From: Spirochaetota bacterium
GTDB lineage: Bacteria > Spirochaetota > UBA4802 > UBA5550
NCBI GenBank assembly: GCA_963664815.2
Contig: CAXXHB010000002.1
Location: forward strand, 192,001 to 256,000
Direction of reading: 5' to 3'
DNA: 64,000 nt
Position 1 is the stretch's first letter. Every line of letters starts with the position of its first letter. This document shows, piece by piece, positions 28,263 to 38,809 of this stretch. The notes beneath the pieces are model-generated. The model had not been told where the DNA came from and did no database searches. It saw nothing but the letters and a program-made list of their open reading frames with translations. The position numbers and the translations under genes were made by a program.

Positions 28263-31223
28263 ATGCAGATTAAAAAATCCGTTCACGCAGTCGTTGTCAT
28301 CATAACATTGATACTTTTTTCATGTAATGAAAAAAAGGATGAAAATATCAAAAAGGAAAAAGGAGAAATATCTCTTGAATATTATAATCTGCACGATTTA
28401 ATTATTCCTCTTGATACACAATGGGAATTCTATTTTGAAAAATTATACACACCCTCTGATTTTCTTGTAAAGCAGCCTGTTAAAACAGGTTTTATAAATG
28501 TACCCGGAACATGGAATGGATATGAAACAGGAGAAAAAATTCTTTCCGGTGATGGTTACGCCACGTACAGGCTTACTTTAAAAAAAGTTCCGGCCGGTTA
28601 CTATGCATTTAAAATTCCCTCCATGGCAACAGCATACAGAATGTGGGTTAACAATCTTGAAGTTTCATCAAATGGAAAAGTTGCAGAAAATGCAAGCATG
28701 ATCCCAATGCAGAAACCCGAAGTTGCTTTTTTTGACTCGGATGGAGGTGATATTGTTATCATTATTAATGTGTCCAACTATATGTCTGACAAGGGCGGAA
28801 TCTGGGATACAATTTATTTCGGGGAACGGTATAATATTTTAAAAAAAAGATATATTTCTATCTGTCTTGAAATGGCGCTCTTCGGTGCATTTATCATCAT
28901 GTCTTTATATCATTTTGCGCTTTATATATTCAGAAAGAAAAACGATTTTGCACTTTATTTCGGACTTGTTTGTTTTATTATAGCATTAAGAGTAATAATA
29001 ACCGGAGAATTTATTCTTGTATATTTTGTCCCGTGGATTGACTGGACTTTGCAGATAAAAACAGAGTTTTTAACTGTTTTTGGAGGATTTACATTCTTTA
29101 TTATCTTTCTTAAAAAACTTTATGATAATGAATTCTCAGCCGAAATTATTAATTTTTATATTATTACCGGTCTTCTCTTTTCCCTTGCTTCCCTGATTCT
29201 TCCGGTAAAAATTTCAGCACTGATGATCCCTCTGTATCACATGCTTATTATTGCAGGATTTATTATCATACTCAAATCCCTCGCAGCAGCAGTAAAAAAT
29301 AAAAAAAATGGATCCCTGCATATACTTGCAGGTTCCATTATCCTTATTATTACATTAATAAACGACATTCTTGATTCAAATGGACTAATTAATTCCACAT
29401 ACATTTTCCCATACGGACTTCTTCTCTTTATCTTCTCACAATCTGTAATCCTTGCAAAAGTCTTTTCTGAATCATTCAGCAGGGTTGAGGATTTATCCAT
29501 GCAGCTAGGCATTTCATATCTGCAGATTGACGAATATAACAAAAACCTTGAACTGAAAATTGCAGAACGCACTTCAGAGCTGGAAGCTGCTAATGAAAAA
29601 CTCCGTGAACTTGACCGTGCCAAGACTGATTTTTTCGCCAATATCTCACATGAGCTGCGTACTCCACTTACCCTTATACTCTCTCCTGTTGAAGATGCTC
29701 TTTCAGGGAAAGAGCTTGAAAGTGAAACTCTGGAAATGATTCACCGTAATGCCATGAATCTTCTGTCATTAATAAATAATCTTCTTGAAGTTTCACGCAT
29801 AACTGCAGGTAAGATGAAATTAGCAGTATACGAAACAGACATATGTGATCTTGTAAAAAAAAGATGCGGAGAGATGGAATCAGCCGCAAAACTAAAGGGA
29901 ATTAATCTTCTATGCAATATACCACCGGATGCTGTAAAAGCATTTGTAGACAGGGAGAGGAGCCGGCATCTTCTCTCCAACTTTTTTTCCAACTCCTTCA
30001 AGTTTACTGAACCGGGGGGTAGTATAGAGGTATCTGTCGCTGCAGAAGATAACTACTGCATCATAAAGTTCAGTGACACTGGCTGCGGCATTCCTGCCGA
30101 CAAGCTCGGTATAATTTTTGACCGCTTTACACAGGGAGATACAAGCTCAACAAGAAAACATGAAGGTACAGGTATAGGGCTTTCAATTGTGAAAGATCTT
30201 GTGACACTTCATGGTGGTGAGATTTCTGTCAAGAGCTGGGATATGAAATACTACCCGATTAATCACGGTACTGTTTTTACGGTAAAAATACCTTCAGGTA
30301 AAAAACACCTTGAGGGGCGGGATTATGTTGAATTTATTAACGATGAAGATTCAATTACACCCGGAAAAATCATTTCCTGTGTACGTGGTAATTTTTCCGG
30401 CACATCTACTGAAAAAAGAGATGTTCCTGCATTAGACGAAGATGCACTTTCCATACTTGTTGTAGAGGATAATGATGATCTTCGCCAACTTCTCTCAGAA
30501 ATGCTCAGTAATCAGTATAGAGTATTTGAAGCTACCAACGGTGAAGAAGCCACCGAATTTCTTGAAAAGAATGAAGATATAGATCTTGTTCTTTCAGATA
30601 TTATGATGCCCGGAATGAACGGTCATGAACTCATTTGTAGAATAAGAACTGATAAAAGATTTGAAACTCTCCCTTTTATCTTCCTTACAGCGCGAGCTGA
30701 CAGCTTTATGAAAATAGAAGGCCTTGCTCTTGGAGCAACTGACTATGTTACAAAACCATTCAATTCCAGAGAGCTCCTGCTACGCATAAGCAACCAGATG
30801 GAAATGAAAAGACTGAAAAACTCAGTTTTAAAAAATTACAATAAACTTATCGAAAAACTTAAAACTGTTAATTTAAAACCAATTAGTAAAGACAACACCA
30901 TAAAGATAGAAACGATATGTAGTTTTATCAAGGAAAATTTCGATCAGGAATTATTGAGGGAAGATCTGGCTTATGCGGCTGGAATTAATCCCGACACATT
31001 CAGTCGTCTCTTCAATCAGTATACTGGTTCAACACTGAATGATTATATACAAAATCTGCGAATAGCTGAAGCCATGCATCAGCTTTCTACAACAGAAAAT
31101 ACAGTTACCCGCATATCTATAAATACAGGATTTGACAATATCCGCACATTCAACAGGGCTTTTAAAAAGATTACAGGCATTACTCCGGGAGAATACAGAG
31201 ATAAAAGCAGGATAAAAAATTAA
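28263..31223 (+). CDS. hybrid sensor: 7TM-DISM + HisKA/HATPase + receiver + AraC HTH
   Basis: Lipobox-like LFSC, 7TM region, FANISHELRTPL, GTGIGL, LSDIMMP, and a C-terminal AraC motif GFDNIRTFNRAFKK..G.TP.EYR. GTG 28254 is an alternative start. Confidence 0.92.
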   Translation: MQIKKSVHAVVVIITLILFSCNEKKDENIKKEKGEISLEYYNLHDLIIPLDTQWEFYFEKLYTPSDFLVKQPVKTGFINVPGTWNGYETGEKILSGDGYATYRLTLKKVPAGYYAFKIPSMATAYRMWVNNLEVSSNGKVAENASMIPMQKPEVAFFDSDGGDIVIIINVSNYMSDKGGIWDTIYFGERYNILKKRYISICLEMALFGAFIIMSLYHFALYIFRKKNDFALYFGLVCFIIALRVIITGEFILVYFVPWIDWTLQIKTEFLTVFGGFTFFIIFLKKLYDNEFSAEIINFYIITGLLFSLASLILPVKISALMIPLYHMLIIAGFIIILKSLAAAVKNKKNGSLHILAGSIILIITLINDILDSNGLINSTYIFPYGLLLFIFSQSVILAKVFSESFSRVEDLSMQLGISYLQIDEYNKNLELKIAERTSELEAANEKLRELDRAKTDFFANISHELRTPLTLILSPVEDALSGKELESETLEMIHRNAMNLLSLINNLLEVSRITAGKMKLAVYETDICDLVKKRCGEMESAAKLKGINLLCNIPPDAVKAFVDRERSRHLLSNFFSNSFKFTEPGGSIEVSVAAEDNYCIIKFSDTGCGIPADKLGIIFDRFTQGDTSSTRKHEGTGIGLSIVKDLVTLHGGEISVKSWDMKYYPINHGTVFTVKIPSGKKHLEGRDYVEFINDEDSITPGKIISCVRGNFSGTSTEKRDVPALDEDALSILVVEDNDDLRQLLSEMLSNQYRVFEATNGEEATEFLEKNEDIDLVLSDIMMPGMNGHELICRIRTDKRFETLPFIFLTARADSFMKIEGLALGATDYVTKPFNSRELLLRISNQMEMKRLKNSVLKNYNKLIEKLKTVNLKPISKDNTIKIETICSFIKENFDQELLREDLAYAAGINPDTFSRLFNQYTGSTLNDYIQNLRIAEAMHQLSTTENTVTRISINTGFDNIRTFNRAFKKITGITPGEYRDKSRIKN

Positions 31224-31599
31224 TTATATAATTTCATCCGGAGATCAGCCAGAAAAACCATCTATTTAAAAAAACTATTTTTAACTTAAAATTAAAATGA
31301 TTCAATAAAAAACTGATTTAATGTTCTTAATTTCCAATCTATATCTTCAATTTTCTGAAATAAATATTACTCATAGTACGAATAATTCTTGTAAATACTA
31401 ATATATATTATAAAAATATCAATATTTACATGTATGACTTTAGTATCATCAGCCTGATTAACTCTATTAAGGCAATTAATTTATTATTTATAAGATAATC
31501 TGTCTGTTTTTTAATGAGATACCATAAATTATCCATAGCAAACAGTTTTTTTGAAAATATTTTAATAAAAACTATATAATGCAGAAGGAGAAAACTTGT

Positions 31600-32457
31600 A
31601 TGGAAATCAGAAACGTATGCGTAATTGGTGCAGGACTTATGGGAAATGGTATTGCACAAATATGCGCTCAGGCCGGAATGCAGGTAACAATCCGGGATAT
31701 CGAGCAGAATTTTATTGATATCGGTATGAATACTATCAGGAAAAATTTCAACCGTGAAGTTGAAAAAGGGAAAAAATCCCGTTCCGAAATGGATGAAATT
31801 ATGTCGCATATCAGGACAACGCTGGATCTTAAAGACGCGGCAAAAAACGCCGATGTTGTCGTTGAAGCAATAATTGAACTAATGGATGTAAAAAAACAAC
31901 TTTTCAGTGAACTTGACAAGATTGTTCCTGCACATTGTCTGTATTTTACAAATACTTCGGGACTAAGTATAACAGAAATTGCCTCATCCACTAAGCGCCC
32001 TGATAAGGTTATAGGCACCCATTTTTTTAATCCGGTTCCCGTTATGCAGCTTCTGGAGCTGATAAGGGCTTTTCAGACTTCTGATGAAACTCTTCAGTCT
32101 GCAGTTGAATGGGGGGTCAGGCTTGGCAAAGAATGTATTGTAGTAAAAGAAGCTCCTGCTTTTGCCGTAAACCGTATACTCTGTGCTCTTCTCAACGAGG
32201 CGTTCCTGGTTCTTGACGAGGGTATTGCCACAGCTGAGGATATCGACAAAGGTATGGTCCTCGGATGCAATCATCCAATAGGCCCACTTGCTCTTGCGGA
32301 TCTTGTCGGCAACGACACCCTGCTGCACCTTATGGAGGGGCTTCACAGGGAACTAGGAGATAAATTTCTCCCGGCCCCGATGTTGAGAAAACTTGTTCGT
32401 GCCGGATATTACGGACGAAAGAGTGGACGGGGAGTCTATAATTACAGTAAAGTTTGA
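31600..32457 (+). CDS. hbd: 3-hydroxybutyryl/3-hydroxyacyl-CoA dehydrogenase
   Basis: AAGGAG precedes ATG 31600. Motifs VIGAGLMGNGIA, TNTSGLS, HFFNPVP, NHPIGPL. Confidence 0.9.
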   Translation: MEIRNVCVIGAGLMGNGIAQICAQAGMQVTIRDIEQNFIDIGMNTIRKNFNREVEKGKKSRSEMDEIMSHIRTTLDLKDAAKNADVVVEAIIELMDVKKQLFSELDKIVPAHCLYFTNTSGLSITEIASSTKRPDKVIGTHFFNPVPVMQLLELIRAFQTSDETLQSAVEWGVRLGKECIVVKEAPAFAVNRILCALLNEAFLVLDEGIATAEDIDKGMVLGCNHPIGPLALADLVGNDTLLHLMEGLHRELGDKFLPAPMLRKLVRAGYYGRKSGRGVYNYSKV

Positions 32458-32608
32458 AATTAACAGCCTTTGTATTATCATATATAAAATCCAGGAAGAT
32501 ATATTATGCTTACCCGGCTCTTGTTTAATTTATAGCTTCCTGGAAATTAAAATCACTTTTTTATATTTTCTTTAATAAAGGTTTCGTTTTTACTGAGATT
32601 TTGCTAAT

Positions 32609-34042
32609 TTATAATTCATCAAACAGATTGAAGTGTTGATATCCTCCATACTGGGCAGGGAAATCATCCGCAGCAACCCAGAAATCTCCTTTCTCTGGAT
32701 ATATTATAAAACTCCATAAATTCGCGACATGAGCCTTGAAGGTTTTTGCAGGCAAATCTTCAAAAAATATATCATCTTTATATAGGGCACATATTGTTGA
32801 AAGCTGATTATTACTCACCGAAGGTGTGTATTTTGGCCTCTCTTCACCGGTGTAGGGGTCAAATCTGTCGCTGAGGATTCTGACGGCAATCTTAAAATCT
32901 ATCTGCCCATAATGTTCATTAAGAAGCTCCCGGTATCGTTCAAACCTGGAAGGTGCTGCAACATAAAGATTCTCTGGATCCCTGAGACTCCTCTGCCACT
33001 GTTCAATTGTATCAACTGATTTTAATTCATAAACCGGGGCCTGATCAAAAACCATATTATATCCTGTGAAATTCCCCCAGCCAGGATATGAATTTGAATG
33101 ATTTGTTGTCCAGATACAGCACGAATTTTTTTCCGGCAGTCTCTTCGTTATATTTTCCGATGATACTTCTATAACTGAAGCATCACGTTCTTTTGCATCT
33201 GCTACATGATAAGCAATTCCTGTACATCGGGGATTTTTAATAAAAACTTCATGTGCATCATTTATACTGGCTGCACTATTAAGAACGGTTCTCGATAAAA
33301 TTCCGATTCCACATCCCTCCATTGTTTCATGCACCGAAGGATTATATTGTGTCATCATTGAAATTCCTTTTTCATTAAATCCCCCGTCAATTCCCACCAT
33401 GCCGGGATGAGTCATGCATGCATGTGAAAACCCTTTATCCGGATTTACAATAAGAAGAATCCTGCTTTCAAGAATTCCGGGAAGATTCAGGTTGTCCATG
33501 TTTTTCCCGAATATCAGAGATCCATCTCCCCCGGCTGCTTCTCCCCATGCAGAAAAACTGCTGCAACCACATCCTCCAAGTACAAAGGTACCGGGTAATC
33601 CCCCCCTATACTCAGCCCTTGTACCAGGCCGATAAGGATCCCAGTGTTTGGGATGAGCATATATACACCACTGATCATACATTGTATTCCAAAGACATAT
33701 TGCAGAAAAATCAATACCTGTGATGCCTGTTTTTTTTACTCCGTCACTAATACCTAACATTTCCTCTTTCAGCTCTTCAGGGAAAAAAGGTGTCGCCGCT
33801 TTTACTCCTATATCCATTCGTTCTTTAGCTTCATTAAAAGAACAATGAATTGTTTTTGCAATAACTGCGGCAGCTGCATCAAGAACCTCGGGAACCACTT
33901 TTTTTATTTCATGGGCAAGAATATATCCATGCTGAAATCCTCGAATATAAGGTGATCCTTCAACTTTAAGCACTTTTATTCCATTTCTGAATTTAAGAAC
34001 TCCTTTTTCATAAGATCTTTCTTCATTAATCATAAAATTCAC
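32609..34042 (-). CDS. C45-family Ntn-hydrolase (autoproteolytic acyltransferase/peptidase)
   Basis: N-terminal GSPYIRGFQHG and EEMLGI; nucleophile region GCSSFSAWG; GKNMD, GFNEKG, TTNH. No signal peptide seen. Confidence 0.82.
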   Translation of the reverse strand: MNFMINEERSYEKGVLKFRNGIKVLKVEGSPYIRGFQHGYILAHEIKKVVPEVLDAAAAVIAKTIHCSFNEAKERMDIGVKAATPFFPEELKEEMLGISDGVKKTGITGIDFSAICLWNTMYDQWCIYAHPKHWDPYRPGTRAEYRGGLPGTFVLGGCGCSSFSAWGEAAGGDGSLIFGKNMDNLNLPGILESRILLIVNPDKGFSHACMTHPGMVGIDGGFNEKGISMMTQYNPSVHETMEGCGIGILSRTVLNSAASINDAHEVFIKNPRCTGIAYHVADAKERDASVIEVSSENITKRLPEKNSCCIWTTNHSNSYPGWGNFTGYNMVFDQAPVYELKSVDTIEQWQRSLRDPENLYVAAPSRFERYRELLNEHYGQIDFKIAVRILSDRFDPYTGEERPKYTPSVSNNQLSTICALYKDDIFFEDLPAKTFKAHVANLWSFIIYPEKGDFWVAADDFPAQYGGYQHFNLFDEL

Positions 34043-34127
34043 CCCTGAATTTATTTATTTCAATTGCATTAATTACATACATAATTCAATTTTAAAGAAA
34101 ACAATTTTTTCTTCTAAAATGATTTAG

Positions 34128-37100
34128 ATGGAGTTTTATATGGAAATAAACAATAAATCAGCTCTGTTTTTTATCCTTTTTTTGTTTTTTTTCATTTCCT
34201 GTGAACCCATGAAATCAACCACTCCCAGAGCAAATAAAGGGATACTTGATCTAAGAGGATATAACTTCTCATCTGACGAAACTACCACACTGGATGGTGA
34301 ATGGAGCTTCTACTGGAAAAAACTTTTTACTCCGCCTGATATTTATAAAATTTCAGAAAACTTCTATCATGTTCCAGGATCATGGAAAACTGCCGGAGAA
34401 AATTCTTCAGAAGGATACGGAACTCTCTCTCTTGTTATATATAAAGATAAAACATCCGTTCCTCTCGCATTGAAAATTCCCTCTATATCCTCATCATATA
34501 AATTATGGATAAATGATAAACCTGTATGTGAAAGCGGAATTGTTGGCGAGAAACCTGAGAATTCAAAACCTCTATGGCTCCCCCGGGTTGTCATACTGCC
34601 GGATACGGAACGAGAATGTATTCGCCTTACCCTCCAGATATCAAATTTTCAGGACAGAAGAGATGGCTTCTGGGGGAGCATTTTAATTGGCACAACAGAA
34701 AGTATAAACAAGGCTAGGGATAAAAAAATTGCATTTGAGCTTTTTATTTTCGGAAGTATTTTAATTATTGCACTTTATCATTTCTCTCTTTTTATTTTAA
34801 GGAGAGAAGACAAATCGATTTTTTATTTCGCTCTGTTCTGCCTTTTACTGGCAATTCGTACAGTAACCAGTGGAGAATGTTTTCTGACCCTGCTTACAAG
34901 TATTCCTTCAATTATAATCTATGAAACACTCTATATAGCTTTTTTCCTCTTAATCCCGGTATTAACGATGTATATGCTGCATCTTTATCCTGAAGAAGTA
35001 TGGAGCAAATTATACTTAATTGCTGTAATATCTGCCGTGGCTTCTTTAATAATTGTTTTTTTACCTCTTAGAATTATTACAGGATCAGCCATATTTTTTG
35101 AAATAGAACTTCTGCTTTTTATTATCTATGGCACATGGTGTCTCATCAGAGCTATTATTAATCACAGGGAAGGGGCACCGGTTTTCCTTACCGGATGGAT
35201 AGTCCTGTCTTTAACAGGAATAAATGACATTTTATTTGATATGGGTGTTCTCTGGACAGGTCTACTGGCTCCTTTCGGACTTCTCTTTTTTATTTTTTCC
35301 CAGGCATTTATGCTTTCAAAGCGCTATGCCAATGCATTCAGAACGATTGAGATAATGAGTAACAGCCTGCTGTCCCTTGATATAATGAAAGATGAGTTTC
35401 TGGCAAATACATCTCACGAGCTCAAAACGCCACTTAACGGTATAACAGGTCTTGCCGGATCCCTTTTTGATGGAGCGAGAGGGAATCTTCCTGAAGATGT
35501 AAAATCAGATCTTCTTATGATTGTCACAAGTGGAAAAAGACTCTCTTTCCTGGTTAACGATATTCTTGATTTTTCCAAGCTTAAAAACAAAGACGTTGTG
35601 CTTCAGGAAAACACGGTAGATATTAAATCCATTATTGATTCAGTAATCTACCTGACCCGCCCCCTGCTTAAAAGCAGTAATGTAACTCTTGTTAATAATA
35701 TAAAAAACAATCTCCCGCTTATTAAGGGGGATGAAAACAGATTGCAGCAGATATTCTATAATCTCATCGGTAATGCAATCAAGTTTACAGATAAGGGCAA
35801 TATTGAAATCAATGCCAAAGAGATCTCCATAGATAAAAATAAAATGATAAGTATATCCGTAAGCGATACCGGTATAGGGATAAATAAAGAACAACTGGAT
35901 AGAATATTTGAGCCATTCTGTCAGGCAGATGGCAGCATCTCCAGAAAGTACGGAGGTACAGGGATTGGTCTGTCTATAACAAAGCAGCTTGTTATTCTGC
36001 ATGAAGGTCAAATAAATGTAGAATCAGAACCAGACAGAGGATCAACCTTTACTGTTACGCTTCCACTAAAAAAAATACATTTCCCGGAAAAAGTAACTCC
36101 TATAAAAGGATACGGTTTTTATGATACAACAGATAGAGATATCAACCAGAAATACTTCAATAGTGATATTATTAATGATAATAATGCATCATTTTCTCTC
36201 AATAAAAACAAACAGGAATCTTCAGAAAAGAGATTCACAGTCCTCCTGGTGGATGATGATCCTGTAAATCTTCAGGTACTTGAAAACTACCTTTCTCTGG
36301 AAAATTATATAATAAAAAAAACAAATTCTGGTCACGAAGCAATTAATATAATTGAAAATGACCTGTCAATCGATATCATTTTGCTCGATATTATGATGCC
36401 TAGAATTACCGGTTATGACGTCGCAAAAAAAATAAGGGAAAAGTATGCACATTTTGAACTTCCCATTATAATGCTAACTGCAAAAAATCAGATATCAGAT
36501 ATAGTTTTTGGAATTGAATCGGGAGCAAACGACTATCTTTCAAAACCTTTTGACAGAAGAGAACTTATTGTAAGAGTCGACTCTCTTTTAAAACTTAAGG
36601 AATCTGTAAAAGAAAGTAAAAAACTGGCTGTAATAGAACAGGATTTAGCAATAGCAAAAAACATTCAGCTTTCCACAATGCCTTCATCTATACCGGAACT
36701 GGATTCAATGAAAATAGCAGTTCGCTATATTCCCATGGAGAGTATTGGAGGGGATTTCTACAGCTTTCATGTACTTGCAGATAACAAAATAGGAATACTC
36801 CTCACGGATGTAACAGGACATGGTATTCCCGCTGCTCTTATTGCCTCCATGCTGAAAATTGTATCAACTATACTTGCAGAATATGCCGAAACTCCCGCCC
36901 TTTTCTTGACAGAAATGAACCGGATGTTAACCGGCAATATGGGGGATCACTTTATCACCGCAGTATATATATTTATTGACACAAAAAACAAGAGACTCCT
37001 GCATGCAAACGCAGGTCATGAACCGGTTATAATACTTAAAAGAAATAAAAGAATCATTATTGAAGAGAGCCCGAAAGGAAGAATAATCGGCCTTACCAAG

Positions 37101-37358
37101 GATAATGATATTGAATTGTCCGACTCAGAAATTGAAAGCGGTGACAGAATTATACTTTTTACAGATTGCATTGTTGAAGCATATAATGATAATAAAATAA
37201 TGTTTGGAACTGATTCTTTTAAAAACGCAATTTTTAATACTATTGACATGAATACAGAGGAGTCATCCGATTATCTTCTGAATGTCCTCAAAGAATGGAT
37301 AGGCAAAAAAGAAAAATTCGACGATGATTTTTCACTTATCATAGTTGATATAAAATAA
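34128..37358 (+). CDS. hybrid sensor: 7TM-DISM + HisKA/HATPase + receiver + SpoIIE/PP2C phosphatase
   Basis: Motifs LDGEWSFYW, LANTSHELKTPL, GGTGIGL, LLDIMMP; PP2C motifs IGGDFY, DVTGHG, LFTD, DDFS. Confidence 0.92.
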   Translation: MEFYMEINNKSALFFILFLFFFISCEPMKSTTPRANKGILDLRGYNFSSDETTTLDGEWSFYWKKLFTPPDIYKISENFYHVPGSWKTAGENSSEGYGTLSLVIYKDKTSVPLALKIPSISSSYKLWINDKPVCESGIVGEKPENSKPLWLPRVVILPDTERECIRLTLQISNFQDRRDGFWGSILIGTTESINKARDKKIAFELFIFGSILIIALYHFSLFILRREDKSIFYFALFCLLLAIRTVTSGECFLTLLTSIPSIIIYETLYIAFFLLIPVLTMYMLHLYPEEVWSKLYLIAVISAVASLIIVFLPLRIITGSAIFFEIELLLFIIYGTWCLIRAIINHREGAPVFLTGWIVLSLTGINDILFDMGVLWTGLLAPFGLLFFIFSQAFMLSKRYANAFRTIEIMSNSLLSLDIMKDEFLANTSHELKTPLNGITGLAGSLFDGARGNLPEDVKSDLLMIVTSGKRLSFLVNDILDFSKLKNKDVVLQENTVDIKSIIDSVIYLTRPLLKSSNVTLVNNIKNNLPLIKGDENRLQQIFYNLIGNAIKFTDKGNIEINAKEISIDKNKMISISVSDTGIGINKEQLDRIFEPFCQADGSISRKYGGTGIGLSITKQLVILHEGQINVESEPDRGSTFTVTLPLKKIHFPEKVTPIKGYGFYDTTDRDINQKYFNSDIINDNNASFSLNKNKQESSEKRFTVLLVDDDPVNLQVLENYLSLENYIIKKTNSGHEAINIIENDLSIDIILLDIMMPRITGYDVAKKIREKYAHFELPIIMLTAKNQISDIVFGIESGANDYLSKPFDRRELIVRVDSLLKLKESVKESKKLAVIEQDLAIAKNIQLSTMPSSIPELDSMKIAVRYIPMESIGGDFYSFHVLADNKIGILLTDVTGHGIPAALIASMLKIVSTILAEYAETPALFLTEMNRMLTGNMGDHFITAVYIFIDTKNKRLLHANAGHEPVIILKRNKRIIIEESPKGRIIGLTKDNDIELSDSEIESGDRIILFTDCIVEAYNDNKIMFGTDSFKNAIFNTIDMNTEESSDYLLNVLKEWIGKKEKFDDDFSLIIVDIK

Positions 37359-37374
37359 AAAAAGGAGAAATAGA

Positions 37375-38676
37375 ATGAAATCCTGGAAAAATTTATTTCT
37401 TATTACAATTTTAACAATCACCTCTTTTATTGTCTGCGGATGCAAAAAAGACCGAATAGTCCAAATCCAGGACAAAGGTACTCATTACCTGATGTCGATT
37501 GACTACACAAAAAATAAAACTCATTATGAAACCGGTAAATTTATCGGAAAGGCTATTCTGAAAGATGTTGACTCATACGAGAAACGCGTTGATGAATTTA
37601 TTGCACTTACTGCAAAAAATTATGGCTATCCGGAAGAAGTTCCCGGAACACCGGAAGAGCACTATATGCTCTTTATGAAGCGGGTAGGTGATCTCAAACC
37701 ACTTCTCCCCCAGACTATCAAAGATGAAATAGAAGGTGTAGCTGATTGCTTTTCAGGGAAGAACAATGATATTATGGGTGATGGCAAACTTTCAATAAAT
37801 GAATACTATTTTCTAAATCTTATAATTGAATCATCAGAAAATACAGAGTGCTGCGCAGTTTCGGCATTCAACAGCGCATCTAAAACAGGAAGCACTATAA
37901 TAGCCAGGGTAATGGACTGGTATATTGATACAGAAAAAAAAGAAGTTGAGAATCTTTTCGGAATAACAGAGTTCAAATATAATGATTTTACTCTTTACAC
38001 AATCGGTATAATAGGACACCTCGGAATAATTACCGGGATAAAAAACAATGGTATTTATTCAGCTATACTTTTTTCAAGAAATAATACTCCTTATTCATCT
38101 TCAGGTAAGTATTCTCTCTCTATGGAGCTTCGTTACGCAATGGAAAAATTTTCATCTATTGATGAAATTGCAGATTATATGCGTGTAAAAGACCGTAATT
38201 ATACCATGAACCATAATATCTTTCTTTCAGATAAAAAAAGAAGTATAGTATTGGAAAACAATATACAGGGGGGCCCTACCTCTGAACGTAAAATAAGAAC
38301 ATGTACCTCAAAACTGAATAAAGGTGTAAATTGGGGTTTTGAAAACAGGATAGCCTGTGTAAATTCATTTATTCTGTACGGAAATGACGACAATCATACT
38401 ACCATTCCAGGGAATCAGAACCGATGGCTTTCTCTGGTAAAACTTATGGCGGAAAAAAAAGTTCCACTTTCCTCCAATGATCTGCGCTCAATCATAACAT
38501 TCTATCCTGGTGAAAAACCGGGTGATTTCGATGAAGGGGGATTGTACACCAAATGGTCTAAACAGGTAATGATTTTTCAGCCTGATGATATGTCGCTTGA
38601 AATTTTCTTCAGCCCGAAAAAAGGAGATATTCCTCTTAAACCGGTGTTCGAGAAAATTCAATTAGGTAATATTTAA
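37375..38676 (+). CDS. C45-family Ntn-hydrolase, predicted lipoprotein
   Basis: AGGAG RBS; lipobox VCGC; DEIEGVA; nucleophile region ECCAVSAF; ARVMDW. Confidence 0.78.
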   Translation: MKSWKNLFLITILTITSFIVCGCKKDRIVQIQDKGTHYLMSIDYTKNKTHYETGKFIGKAILKDVDSYEKRVDEFIALTAKNYGYPEEVPGTPEEHYMLFMKRVGDLKPLLPQTIKDEIEGVADCFSGKNNDIMGDGKLSINEYYFLNLIIESSENTECCAVSAFNSASKTGSTIIARVMDWYIDTEKKEVENLFGITEFKYNDFTLYTIGIIGHLGIITGIKNNGIYSAILFSRNNTPYSSSGKYSLSMELRYAMEKFSSIDEIADYMRVKDRNYTMNHNIFLSDKKRSIVLENNIQGGPTSERKIRTCTSKLNKGVNWGFENRIACVNSFILYGNDDNHTTIPGNQNRWLSLVKLMAEKKVPLSSNDLRSIITFYPGEKPGDFDEGGLYTKWSKQVMIFQPDDMSLEIFFSPKKGDIPLKPVFEKIQLGNI

Positions 38677-38809
38677 CACTTTAACTCTTTCCAGGTTGTT
38701 TGGGGAAATAATTCTATTAGAATAATTTATCCTCATCAGATTCAGAAGGAACAGTTTTTATTTTTACCATTTCCAACTGAATTCCGGGAAAGAGTTAAAT
38801 TTTTTCCTG

